Source of the DNA: an uncultured Armatimonadetes bacterium
Lineage (GTDB): Bacteria > Armatimonadota > Armatimonadia > Armatimonadales > Capsulimonadaceae
Assembly: GCA_963771575.1 (NCBI GenBank)
Contig: CAVYTV010000002.1
Coordinates: 126,317 to 190,316, forward strand
DNA length: 64,000 nucleotides
Direction of reading: 5' to 3'
Part shown: positions 9,349-18,424 of the stretch, piece after piece
Numbering within the stretch: position 1 is the first letter of the stretch
Layout: every line of letters starts with the position of its first letter
Notes under the pieces: generated by a model
What the model was told of the DNA's origin: nothing
Database searches by the model: none
Seen by the model: only the letters and a program-made list of their open reading frames with translations
Made by a program: the position numbers and the translations under genes

Positions 9349-12147
9349 ATGCCTTCCAGGATCAGCAGTTGGAGCTGGGCGAAGAGGAAAGCCTCACCGC
9401 CCTGCGCCGGGCCTGGGAACGGGACCCTGCGCGCCCTGGCTGGAACGCTAAACAAGCAGACGATTGACAACTGGCTGCGCCCGCTCAAGCCGCTGTCCTA
9501 CAGCCCCCCGATTGTTGTCCTGGGCGCCCCGTCGTCGTTTGCCCGCGAGTTCGCCGAAAAAAAGTACGCGCAGCCGCTGGCCCAGCTTCTGGCACAGTAT
9601 CTGGACATTCCGAGCGTGCAGGTGCGCTTCGTCATTTCCACGCCGGATGTCCAGCCCCTGCTCGGCGAAAAGCCCCTGCCCTTGCAGCAGGCCGCCTCCC
9701 CCCTAGCCGGCCCACGTCACACCGCGCCGCCCGTGCCTTCGCCGTCCAACGAGTTGGCGCTGCCGGTTCTCGCGTCGCAGACCACGCTGCCGCTGGCCCC
9801 GGACAGCAGCGTCAACGGCAGCATAGACGGCAGCGGACGCGCCAGCCGCAACCCGTTCACGCTGGAACTGTCCGCCTCGCCCCTCAACGCCCGCTACACC
9901 TTTGACAACTTCGTCGTCGGCAAGTCCAACCGTCTCGCCCAGGCCGGAGCGGTCCACGTCGCCGAAGCGCCCGGTAAGATGTACAATCCCCTGTTTTTGT
10001 ACGGATCGCCAGGTTTGGGAAAGTGTGTCGCCGCCTCCGAGTATCTGCATTTGGCCGACGGCCGCCGCGTCCAGGCCGGGGAATTGATCGGCACAGAGTT
10101 TTCCCTGCTCACCCTCGCCAAAGAGGAACTGCGCGCGGTTCCGGCACGGGCGGAGTTTAACGCCATTGAGCCGGTCTTCGCGATCCAGACGGAAAGTGGT
10201 CGTCGGATCGTCCGAAATCGGCAGCATCCGCTCTGGGCAGCCAATGGGGTTGAGCGGTGGGGCAAAAAGTACGATCTCATCCATGTTCGCGGCTGGAGAC
10301 CACTGGGCGAACTTCAGCCAGGCGATCTGGTCGCCGTGCCGGAGAGGCTTCCTGCCTTCGGCGATCCCGTTCCGCTTCCAGAGCATGAGATTAAGCTGTT
10401 AGCCTATCTGATTGGTGACGGCGGATTTACGCAGCCCTGTGTTCGCTTCAGCCAGCAGGATAATCTACAGCTTGCCGAGTTCAAGGAGTGCGTCACCCTG
10501 ACAAACTGCCGCATGGTTCAGCATAACAAATACGACTGGCGAATTATCGGTAAGCGAGGCCGGGTGGCACATGGCAAGGACAGCCGTAATGATGTCATGA
10601 ATCTTCTGCGAAGGCATGAGTTGATGCTGACGCATTCGCGGGACAAACGCATTCCTTCAGCCATATTCCGGCTGCCCCGGGAGCAGTTGTGCCTGTTCTT
10701 ATCACGCCTGTATGCGACCGATGGCTGGGCTTCCTGCGGCCCGGAGCGGCAGATCGGCAAGCGGCTTCCGCGTACTGAAATCGGCTTCTGCTCGGCTTCG
10801 GAAGGTCTTGTTAGGGACTTGCAGGAGTTACTGCTGAAGCTTGGGATCATGGGGCATATTTCGCGCAAGGCCAAAGTCAACGCCTGGACCATTGCCATTC
10901 ATGCCGCCTCCGAGGTCACCAAATTCGCGGCTATGGTGGGCATCTTCGGCAAGGAAGACGCCGTGGAGCGCGTTCGGCAGGTTGCGGAAAAAGCAAAACA
11001 GAATCTTCCTAATCGCGGGCTTTGGCGGCATCGGAACGCGCCGACGGGGATGCGCTGGGAAAAAGTGGTTTCGGTAGCGCCGGCGGGCATGGAGCCAACG
11101 GTTGCCATTGAAGTGCCGGAGTATCAGACATTTCTGACGACATTCTGGGAGCATAACACGCACCTTATGCACGCCATCGGGCATCAGATACGGCTGGCGA
11201 TGCCGCAGGCGCGGGTGGCATATGTCAGCGGGGAGACGTTCACCAATCATTATGTGGCGGCGATCCGGGACAAGCGGACGGAAGATTTTCGGCGGGCGTA
11301 TCGGAACGTAGATGTCTGGCTGGTGGATGATATTCAAACGCTGGCCTCCAAAGAGCAGACCAAAGAAGAGTTTTTTCACACGTTCAACGCCCTGCATCAG
11401 ATGAACAAGCAGATTGTCCTGAGCAGTGACCGCAGCCCGCGCGAACTGCGGGCGATGGATGAGCGCCTCTGGTCGCGCTTTGAGTGCGGCCTGGTCGCGG
11501 ACATCGCGCCGCCGGAACTGGAAATGCGCGAGGCCATCCTGCAAAAGAAAGCCATTTTGGAAAGCATGCTGATTTCCGACGAAGTCATCGCGTTCATGGC
11601 AAATTTGATCCAAAGCAACATTCGCGCTCTGGAAGGCGCACTGATCAAGCTGATGGCCTATGCTTCACTCACCCGCAGCCCGGTCACCAAGCAGCTTGCT
11701 TCCGACGTTCTGAGCGGCTACTTTGTGGATCGGCCCCCGCCGCGCGAGCCGGTGTCCGCCCACCCGGAAGACCATGCCAGGCCGGCCCTTCCTGCGTTGA
11801 CGGCGCCGGCGTCCCCGGTCGGCCCGGCAGGCCATGCCGTGGATCAAATTATTGCGGCAGTGGCCCATCAGACCGGCGTGGAGCTGGCGTTGATTCTGGC
11901 CGGCGGCGGGCGCAGCAACCGGGCCAATCGGCTGCATGGCGACGCGGGATTCGCGCGTCAGGTCGCGATGTACCTGGCCAAGGAGATGGGCAGCGTGCCG
12001 CTGACCACGCTGGCGGCGACATTTGGCCTGAAGAGTCACACCGCGGTTGTGCATGCCCACGCGCGGCTGGCGAAAGAAATTGAGGATGACCCGCAGATTC
12101 TATCTTTGATCAGCAAGATTCGGCAGGAAATTGAGCGTGGCGGCTAA
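9349..12147 (+). CDS. dnaA: Chromosomal replication initiator DnaA, intein-containing. The true start may be GTG 9300, with a +1 indel near 9420.
   Basis: N-terminus LNKQTIDNWLRPLKPL; AAA+ core FDNFVVGKSNRLA..LFLYGSPGLGK[intein]THLMHAIGH..VWLVDDIQ..NKQIVLSSDR..SRFECGLVADI; domain IV ARQVAMYLAKE..FGLKSHTAVVHAH. Confidence 0.92.
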   Translation: MPSRISSWSWAKRKASPPCAGPGNGTLRALAGTLNKQTIDNWLRPLKPLSYSPPIVVLGAPSSFAREFAEKKYAQPLAQLLAQYLDIPSVQVRFVISTPDVQPLLGEKPLPLQQAASPLAGPRHTAPPVPSPSNELALPVLASQTTLPLAPDSSVNGSIDGSGRASRNPFTLELSASPLNARYTFDNFVVGKSNRLAQAGAVHVAEAPGKMYNPLFLYGSPGLGKCVAASEYLHLADGRRVQAGELIGTEFSLLTLAKEELRAVPARAEFNAIEPVFAIQTESGRRIVRNRQHPLWAANGVERWGKKYDLIHVRGWRPLGELQPGDLVAVPERLPAFGDPVPLPEHEIKLLAYLIGDGGFTQPCVRFSQQDNLQLAEFKECVTLTNCRMVQHNKYDWRIIGKRGRVAHGKDSRNDVMNLLRRHELMLTHSRDKRIPSAIFRLPREQLCLFLSRLYATDGWASCGPERQIGKRLPRTEIGFCSASEGLVRDLQELLLKLGIMGHISRKAKVNAWTIAIHAASEVTKFAAMVGIFGKEDAVERVRQVAEKAKQNLPNRGLWRHRNAPTGMRWEKVVSVAPAGMEPTVAIEVPEYQTFLTTFWEHNTHLMHAIGHQIRLAMPQARVAYVSGETFTNHYVAAIRDKRTEDFRRAYRNVDVWLVDDIQTLASKEQTKEEFFHTFNALHQMNKQIVLSSDRSPRELRAMDERLWSRFECGLVADIAPPELEMREAILQKKAILESMLISDEVIAFMANLIQSNIRALEGALIKLMAYASLTRSPVTKQLASDVLSGYFVDRPPPREPVSAHPEDHARPALPALTAPASPVGPAGHAVDQIIAAVAHQTGVELALILAGGGRSNRANRLHGDAGFARQVAMYLAKEMGSVPLTTLAATFGLKSHTAVVHAHARLAKEIEDDPQILSLISKIRQEIERGG
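10024..11157 (+). mobile_element. Class 1 intein with a LAGLIDADG homing endonuclease, inserted in the DnaA P-loop (GLGK | THL)
   Basis: Starts with Cys (CVAASEYLHLADGRRV). Block-B-like VRNRQHPLW. LAGLIDADG motifs LLAYLIGDGGF and LSRLYATDGWAS. Ends VAIEVPEYQTFLTTFWEHN with a +1 Thr. 1134 nt, in frame. Confidence 0.85.
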
Positions 12148-12535
12148 TGTCACAGGTTGTGTCACAGGGGGTGTGACACTGTGACACAAGTGTGACATAA
12201 GAGTCGTGTGACTCAACTGTGACTCTGTTGTGACTCAGCGTGACTCAAATGCCCTGTGTTGTGACTCAACGGTTTGGCTTGAGTCACAGAGTCACAAATC
12301 GCGCCTTGAGTCACGGCTGAGTCACAGGCGTTTGTGACTCAAGCGTGACTCTGCGAATCTACCGATTCTGAGACGAGTCTGCAAAGATGCTTCCGTGAAA
12401 GAAAGCGTTTCGGGACCAAAACACGGCGATTCGCGCTGCCCGGATTTCTTGAGTCACAGGAGTCACCGTTGAGTCACACCCCTACTACTACTACCACTAA
12501 GAATCTGAATCTTATCTAAGGGTATAAGACTCTTG
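12148..12535. promoter_or_regulatory. Putative oriC: a cluster of 19 GTGAC-core boxes (consensus TGTGACTCA), then a GC cluster, a TAG-trio array and an AT-rich stretch
   Basis: GTGAC/GTCAC cores at 12149, 12161, 12173, 12181, 12192, 12208, 12219, 12230, 12240, 12261, 12283, 12291, 12310, 12321, 12334, 12345, 12453, 12462, 12473. The sequence ttgagtcaca-cccc-tactactactaccactaagaatctgaatcttatc spans 12469-12516. Confidence 0.75.
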
Positions 12536-12576
12536 CACAGGGCAAAGCGAATCTCTTCAGGGCAGTCTGTCACATC

Positions 12577-13707
12577 ATGCATGTCACTTCTTTGAAACTG
12601 GAAAACTTTCGGAATTATGGGACTCTGTGCATTGAGCCGGGAGAGGGATTAAACATCTTTGTCGGGCGCAATGCTCAGGGCAAAAGCAATCTGCTGGAAA
12701 GCCTGTACATTCTGGCGACCAGCAAATCCGCGCGGGCGGGCAAAGATACGGAGCTGATCCGATTTGAGCAGGCGGCAACGCGCATTACGGCGGACGTGAT
12801 CCGGGAAAAGAACAGCGACATTGAGATTGAGATGGCCCTGTCGCAGACCGAAAAGAAAGTCGCTCGAATCAACGGCGTCAAGCACACGCGCCTGGCAGAA
12901 GTCATCGGACAGTTGAACGCCGTGTTGTTTGACAGCGGCGATTTGGAGATCATCCGGGGTGAACCCGCCGTGCGCCGGCGTTTCTTAGACCTGGAAATCT
13001 CGCAAACGTCGCCGCGCTACGTTCTGGCGCTGGGGTCTTACCGTAAGACATTGGAGCAGCGTAACCGATTGCTGCGTGATCTGCGGGATGGGCGGGTGCC
13101 GTTTTCCGCCCGTGACAGCCTGCCGGCCTGGAATGAGAGCCTGGCCCAGCATGGGGCGCGGCTGATTGAGCGCCGCCGACTCTTTTTGGAACGATTGGCC
13201 CAGCTTGCCGCGGAAACGCACCGCACGCTCAGCGATCAGCGCGACCATCTGGACGTGACGTACCTGCCGTCGTTTCCGCTGGACGGCCTCACCGAAGCCG
13301 ATGCCATTCATGCGCGCTTTCTGACAGAGTTAGCATCCGTGGCCGGGGAAGAGACGGCCCGTGGAACCACCCTCAGAGGCCCGCAGCGCGACGACATTGC
13401 GTTTCTGGTCAATGGGGCCGACTGCCGCCTGTTCGGGTCGCAGGGACAGCAGCGGACCGTCGCTCTGTCCCTGAAGCTGGCCGAGAGGCAGTTGATCGAA
13501 GAACTGGTCGGCGAGCCGCCCCTGCTGCTGCTGGACGACGTGCTTTCCGACCTGGACGATGCCCGCCGCAGCCTGCTGTTTGATCTGACCGCCCGCGCCG
13601 GCTCACAGACCTTTTTAAGCTGCACCAATCTGCGGGCCTTCTCCAAAGGCGTTCTGAAACGCGCCTGCGTTTACTCGGTCACGGCCGGGGAGGTCGCCAA
13701 ACAATGA
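12577..13707 (+). CDS. recF: DNA replication/repair protein RecF
   Basis: LKLENFRNY, Walker A GRNAQGKSNLLE, GSQGQQRT signature, LLLLDDV Walker B. Confidence 0.95.
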   Translation: MHVTSLKLENFRNYGTLCIEPGEGLNIFVGRNAQGKSNLLESLYILATSKSARAGKDTELIRFEQAATRITADVIREKNSDIEIEMALSQTEKKVARINGVKHTRLAEVIGQLNAVLFDSGDLEIIRGEPAVRRRFLDLEISQTSPRYVLALGSYRKTLEQRNRLLRDLRDGRVPFSARDSLPAWNESLAQHGARLIERRRLFLERLAQLAAETHRTLSDQRDHLDVTYLPSFPLDGLTEADAIHARFLTELASVAGEETARGTTLRGPQRDDIAFLVNGADCRLFGSQGQQRTVALSLKLAERQLIEELVGEPPLLLLDDVLSDLDDARRSLLFDLTARAGSQTFLSCTNLRAFSKGVLKRACVYSVTAGEVAKQ

Positions 13708-14720
13708 GAGGGAAGTGGTTTTTCAGCGCCGCCGCTTTCGCTTTGGTCGTTCTGTCTGTTGCGACAGGGCCTGTTTTCGCTGCGTCCGCCCCGGCCAATT
13801 CACCTTTCCTGCTTCTCAAACACCCGAATGTGTCTCTCATCGCGATTTCGCCGGACGGACGACTGCTGGCGAGCGGGAGCAGTGACGAATATATTGGGCC
13901 TGGCGAAGTCAAGGTCTGGGATGTTGCGACCGGCAGGTTACGCAAGTTCCTGTACCATGAGTACGAGGTAGATGACCTGGCCTTTTCGCCCGATAACAAG
14001 ACGCTCGCGATTGCTAGCGGCGGAGATATTCGTCTCTGGGACGTTCGGACGTGGAAATTGAAGCACCGCCTGCGGAATGACGGAGGATGGCAGTTTACCT
14101 GTTCGGTGGCATTTTCACCGGACGGAAAAACAATCGCTGGCGGAAGCGGCATGGCCGAGAATGGTGAAGCAGATGATGCATATCTCTGGGATGCCCGAAC
14201 CGGCAGACTGAAATGTGTGCTGCCTCACAGTAATGGAAAGACGAGTATTGTTTTTTCACTGAATGGTCAAACACTGGCTGGTGTAACGAGCGACGAGGCC
14301 AATGGGATTGTCAATCTCTGGAATATGCGGACTGGCCTGCTCAAAAGCGTTCACCAGCATCCCTGGGTCCAGTGCCTTGCGATTTCGCCGGACGGGAAGA
14401 CGCTGGCGACCGGGAGCAGTCACGAGATTAAAGAGGACAATTCTATTGGCGAAATCCGGCTTTGGGATATGAGCACTGGTCGTCTCCTGCGGACACTTCA
14501 GCATGAGAGTGGAATTATTTCCCTGGCATACTCGCCAGATGGCTCACTCCGAGCCAGCACCGATATGGCTGGCACGGTGCGTTTCAGCGAGTCAGCCACA
14601 GGACAGGTCAAACGGGAATTGACGGGAATAGGAGCAGGCGAGATTGCCTTTTCCCACGATGGCCGGTTTCTGGCCTGTGCCTGTGACAACGGCACAGTTC
14701 AACTGTGGGCTATGCGATGA
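13704..14720 (+). CDS. Secreted WD40-repeat protein
   Basis: Signal peptide MRGKWFFSAAAFALVVLSVATGPVFA. Repeats of the form SPDG(K/R)(T/L)LA(S/T)GS...(R/K)LWD. Confidence 0.85.
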   Translation: MRGKWFFSAAAFALVVLSVATGPVFAASAPANSPFLLLKHPNVSLIAISPDGRLLASGSSDEYIGPGEVKVWDVATGRLRKFLYHEYEVDDLAFSPDNKTLAIASGGDIRLWDVRTWKLKHRLRNDGGWQFTCSVAFSPDGKTIAGGSGMAENGEADDAYLWDARTGRLKCVLPHSNGKTSIVFSLNGQTLAGVTSDEANGIVNLWNMRTGLLKSVHQHPWVQCLAISPDGKTLATGSSHEIKEDNSIGEIRLWDMSTGRLLRTLQHESGIISLAYSPDGSLRASTDMAGTVRFSESATGQVKRELTGIGAGEIAFSHDGRFLACACDNGTVQLWAMR

Positions 14721-15328
14721 AAAAAACGCGCGGGCTGGCTCCCGCTTCCCATGCCGTAGACGGTTTCTTCCAGTCGCAGGAACTATTAGCCGCCTTGCGC
14801 CCGCATCTCGCCAAGGCCCGCTGGGCGGAGATCGTCGGTCCGCAGGTGGCGAATGTAACCCAGGTGGAAGCCGTGCGCGACGGGGTTCTGGTGGTGCGCG
14901 TCAAAAACAGCGTCTGGGCCAACGAATTGACGATGCTCAAGGACGACATGGTGCGCCGCCTCAATCTGGCGCTGGGGGGCCGTATCCTCACCGACATCCA
15001 CTTCAAGGCCAGCGGCCTCGCCAAAGTCAAAAAAGCGCCCGTCAAACCGCCCGAAGAGACACCGACCGAGCAGGAACTGGCGCGGATCGCGCTGTCCCCG
15101 GAAGCCAAGACGCGCGTGGCTGCTTCCACCCGCGCCATTGCCGACATCGCCCTGCGCGAACGAATTAGAACCGCCATGACCCGCGCCGCCCGTGTGGAAG
15201 AATGGAAACGCCGCCACGGCTGGCTCCCCTGCGCCCGCTGCCAAAGCCTCGCCGCCCCTATTCCCGACTCCGACGCACATCTTTGTCCGCTCTGTCGTTC
15301 CGGTATCCATTGGAACGCGAAAAATTAA
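14717..15328 (+). CDS. dciA: DUF721 / DciA-like protein with a C-terminal CxxC..CxxC extension
   Basis: ARWAEIVGPQVANVTQVEAVRDGVLVVRVKNSVWANELTMLKDDMVRRLN is the DUF721 pattern. The position after recF is typical. The tail reads CARCQS..CPLCRSG. The ATGA start overlaps the WD40 gene stop. Confidence 0.65.
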   Translation: MKKTRGLAPASHAVDGFFQSQELLAALRPHLAKARWAEIVGPQVANVTQVEAVRDGVLVVRVKNSVWANELTMLKDDMVRRLNLALGGRILTDIHFKASGLAKVKKAPVKPPEETPTEQELARIALSPEAKTRVAASTRAIADIALRERIRTAMTRAARVEEWKRRHGWLPCARCQSLAAPIPDSDAHLCPLCRSGIHWNAKN

Positions 15329-15436
15329 CGGCAAAATAGCCTTTGAAAAGTCAAGTTGGCATGGATTGTGCTGTCCGTAAAATTACGAGGCGGATGGGCT
15401 TGACGACGGGGCAGGTCGCCAGGGAGGGCAGAGGGG

Positions 15437-17901
15437 ATGCGGCACAGGCCGCTGCTGGTGTGGGCGGGAGCGTTTGCCGTCGGCATTGGGCTGGGCGCGA
15501 TGGGCTGGCTGACGCCGGTCGGGGCGTTGGGGCTGGCTGTTGTGGGGCTGGGCCTGCTGGCCGTTGGCCGAGTTTCGGCGCTGTTTTTGGCCGGGCTGCT
15601 GGGGTTGGGCGTCTGTGCGGGCGCGCTGCGGCTGGCGGCGTTTGAGCAGGTTCCGGCGTCCGATGTCTCGCACTTTGCCGGACCGACCTGCGCCGGTGAC
15701 GCTCATTGGAACGGTCATCAGCGACCCGGAAGCGCGGCGGGGCGGGCGGATCACGTTTTTCCTGCGCGCGGAGCAGCTTGAGACGGGGCGGCAGGCACGG
15801 CCCGTCACCGGGGACGTATCCGTGACATTGGGACGGAACGCGGCGGCCGGCGCGTCGGTGGATTACGGCGATCAACTGGCGCTGGAAGGGACTCTGGAAA
15901 CGCCGCCCGGCGCGACCAATCCCGGCGCGTTTTCCTGGCGGGATTATCTGGCCCGGCGGGCGATTTACTGCGAGCTGCGCGTCAAACGACCCGGCGCGAC
16001 CGAGAAGCGGGGCGGGAGCCGGCTGAACCCGTATGTCCGTCTGGCCTGGACCGTGCGCCGCCGCGTTTTGACGGCCATTCATGCCTCGCTGCCGCCCGTG
16101 CAGGCGGCGGTGCTGGCCGGCATCTTGATCGGGCATCGGACGGAACTGCCGCCGGACTTGATGGATGATTTCGTTCATACCGGCACCGTTCACATTCTGG
16201 CTTCGGCGGGTCTGCATGTCGGCATCGTCGCGTTCTGGCTGGGCGCGTTGTGCCGGCGTCTGACCCTGCCGCGTAAAACCGGCGCGTTATTCACCATTGC
16301 CTGCCTGTGGCTGTATGCGCTGATGTGCGGGGGACGGCCCTCGGTGACGCGGGCAGTCGTGATGGCGACTTTGTACTTCGGCGCGATTTTGTTTGAGCGT
16401 GAGCCGGATGCGCCGACGACCCTGGGCGCGGCGGCGCTGCTGATTTTATTGGTTCAGCCGACAGCCCTGCTGGAACCTGGCTTTCAGCTCTCGTTCCTGA
16501 CCGTGCTGACCCTGGCTGTCACCTTGCCGGTCTGGGAAAGTTTCTGGCGGCCCCGCATTGAGTCACGATTTCAGCAATCCCAACTCCGTAAACCCGCGTT
16601 GTGGAGCATGGAGATGATTGGCCTGTCGCTGCTGGCCCAGATCGGCGCGCTGCCGGTGGTCGCCGCGAGTTACAACGAGGTTTCCCTGACTGGCGGGCTT
16701 GCCAACCTGCTGATTGTTCCGGCCCTGTTCGCGCTCATTCCCCTGGGCTTCGTCGGCGCGGCCCTGTGGGGCGTGTGGCACGTTCTGGGGGCATTCCTGC
16801 TGTGCGTGACAGGCTGGGGAATCAGCCGCATTGTCCAAATCGTGCAGCTTCTGGGGGAAACGCCGTGGGCGTACCGCGCCCTGCCCACCCCGCCCGCGCC
16901 GCTGATCGCCTGTTTTTACCTGCTGGTTTATGGAGGAACCGATGCCATCCGACAACGCCTTGCCGCCCGACAATCCGCGCCGCCGCCTGCTGCGGCTGCT
17001 TCCTCTGCTGCCGCTCGGCCCGCTCCTATGGTGGGGCCTAGACCGCCGCCGGGACCCTGACGCGGGAAAGCTGCGCGTGACAGCGATTGATGTCGGCCAG
17101 GGCGACAGCACGCTGATACAGACGCCCGGTGGCCGCACCTTGCTCATAGACGGCGGTGGGACGAGTGACGAGTCGGACCCGGAAGAGGCCGATGTCGGTG
17201 CCCGCGTTGTCGTGCCTTTTCTTCATTATCTCGGCATCAATCGCCTGGATATTTTAGTGCTGACCCATCCGCATGGCGACCATGTCGGCGGCCTATCCGC
17301 CGTGCTGCGGGCGTCGGAGATCGGGACGGTCCTGGACGGCACGACCCTGCCCTACCCTTCCCCGGCCTACACGCAGTTTCTCGGCCTCGTTAAGAGCAAA
17401 CAAATCCCTTATCAGCGGGCCGTGCGCGGCATGACGCTGGACCTGGGCGACGGCGTTTCTGTGGAAGTCCTGAACCCGCCCGCCGAACCTGTCTATGGCA
17501 GCGCGGCGCAGTACGGCACCGGCAGTGACGACGCGACCATCAACAATTATTCCGCCAGCCTCCTGGTCCGCTATGGCCGGACGCGCTTCGTCCTCACCGG
17601 CGACGCCCAGGCCGAGGCAGAACAGGCCATGCTGGACTCCCACGCCGATCTCGCCTGCGACGTTCTCAAAGCCGGCCATCACGGCTCGCATAACGCCACC
17701 GGCGAACCCTGGCTAGCCCGTCTCCAGCCGCAAATGTCCGTTATCTCCTGCGGCCGTCACAACCGCTTTGGCCACCCCGCCCCGGCCACCCTCGCCCGGC
17801 TGGCCGCCCACAGCGTCCAGACCTTCCGCACCGACCAGCAAGGCGCCATTACTTTCATCAGCGACGGTAAGACCGTGACCGCCCGGCCATTTCTGCGGTA
17901 A
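15437..17901 (+). CDS. comEC: ComEC/Rec2 DNA internalisation channel with a C-terminal metallo-beta-lactamase domain; apparent frameshifts near 15683 and near 16950
   Basis: N-terminal OB-like region (VTLIGTVISDPE..ITFFLRAE), competence-domain TM block (DDFVHTGTVHILASAGLHVGIV), MBL domain (VTAIDVGQGDSTLIQTP..LVLTHPHGDHVGGL..KAGHHGS). Confidence 0.85.
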
Positions 17902-17916
17902 GAAAAAGCCTCTGTC

Positions 17917-18414
17917 TCAGACGAGATTATGGGGCTGGGCGTCGGGCGGGAGAAGGCGGGCGAAATCGGCGGGAATGATGTCGGCGGTGTCACGGCCGGG
18001 AAAGAGATTTGCGCCGGTCTCGGCAAAGGCGCGGGCGACGAACTCGCCGCAGGAGAACCGGCCCGGCGGGGCGTAGTTGAGATGCAGGTGCGTGAAAATA
18101 TGCTCCAGGACAATGACCAGAATGTCCCAGCGGTCGTATTTGCCGCCGATCTGCCCTTTGGCCCAGGACAGGGCCGCTAATCCCTTCCCCGCCGGGTCGG
18201 GAAGGATCGCGCAGAAATGCGTTCCCTCCGGCCCGCGCAGGTCGCGGGAAACGACTCCCTGGGGCCGGGCCTCCACGACATGGAAATCTCCGGCATAGAG
18301 CGCGACATGGTAAAAGCGCGAACGGGAAAAGAGCGTAATCAGGCGGTTCCAGCCGGTCGCATGGGCGAACAGCAGAACGTCACCGGGCCGGGGCATGTCC
18401 GAGAGGGCTGTCAT
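17917..18414 (-). CDS. NlpC/P60-superfamily (YiiX/permuted papain-like) hydrolase
   Basis: PGDVLLF..FYHVALYAGDFHVVEA..FSCGEFVARAF. Start chosen at MTALSD because the upstream gene ends at 18425. Confidence 0.5.
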   Translation of the reverse strand: MTALSDMPRPGDVLLFAHATGWNRLITLFSRSRFYHVALYAGDFHVVEARPQGVVSRDLRGPEGTHFCAILPDPAGKGLAALSWAKGQIGGKYDRWDILVIVLEHIFTHLHLNYAPPGRFSCGEFVARAFAETGANLFPGRDTADIIPADFARLLPPDAQPHNLV

Positions 18415-18424
18415 AGGAAACTTT

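Noticed and set aside
8171-9451. 426-aa plus-strand ORF upstream of dnaA
   Set aside because: It is antisense to the SPFH-like membrane protein gene and runs through the dnaA promoter region. Its Arg/Ala/Gly composition is typical of a GC-rich shadow ORF.
12279-12478. Reading the CTTGAGTCAC boxes of the origin region as HspR HAIR half-sites
   Set aside because: The boxes share CTTGAGT with HAIR, but they never occur as CTTGAGT-N7-ACTCAAG. The only inverted pair (12261-12288) has the opposite arm order and an N9 spacer. The position next to dnaA and the adjacent GC-cluster/trio module fit DnaA boxes better.
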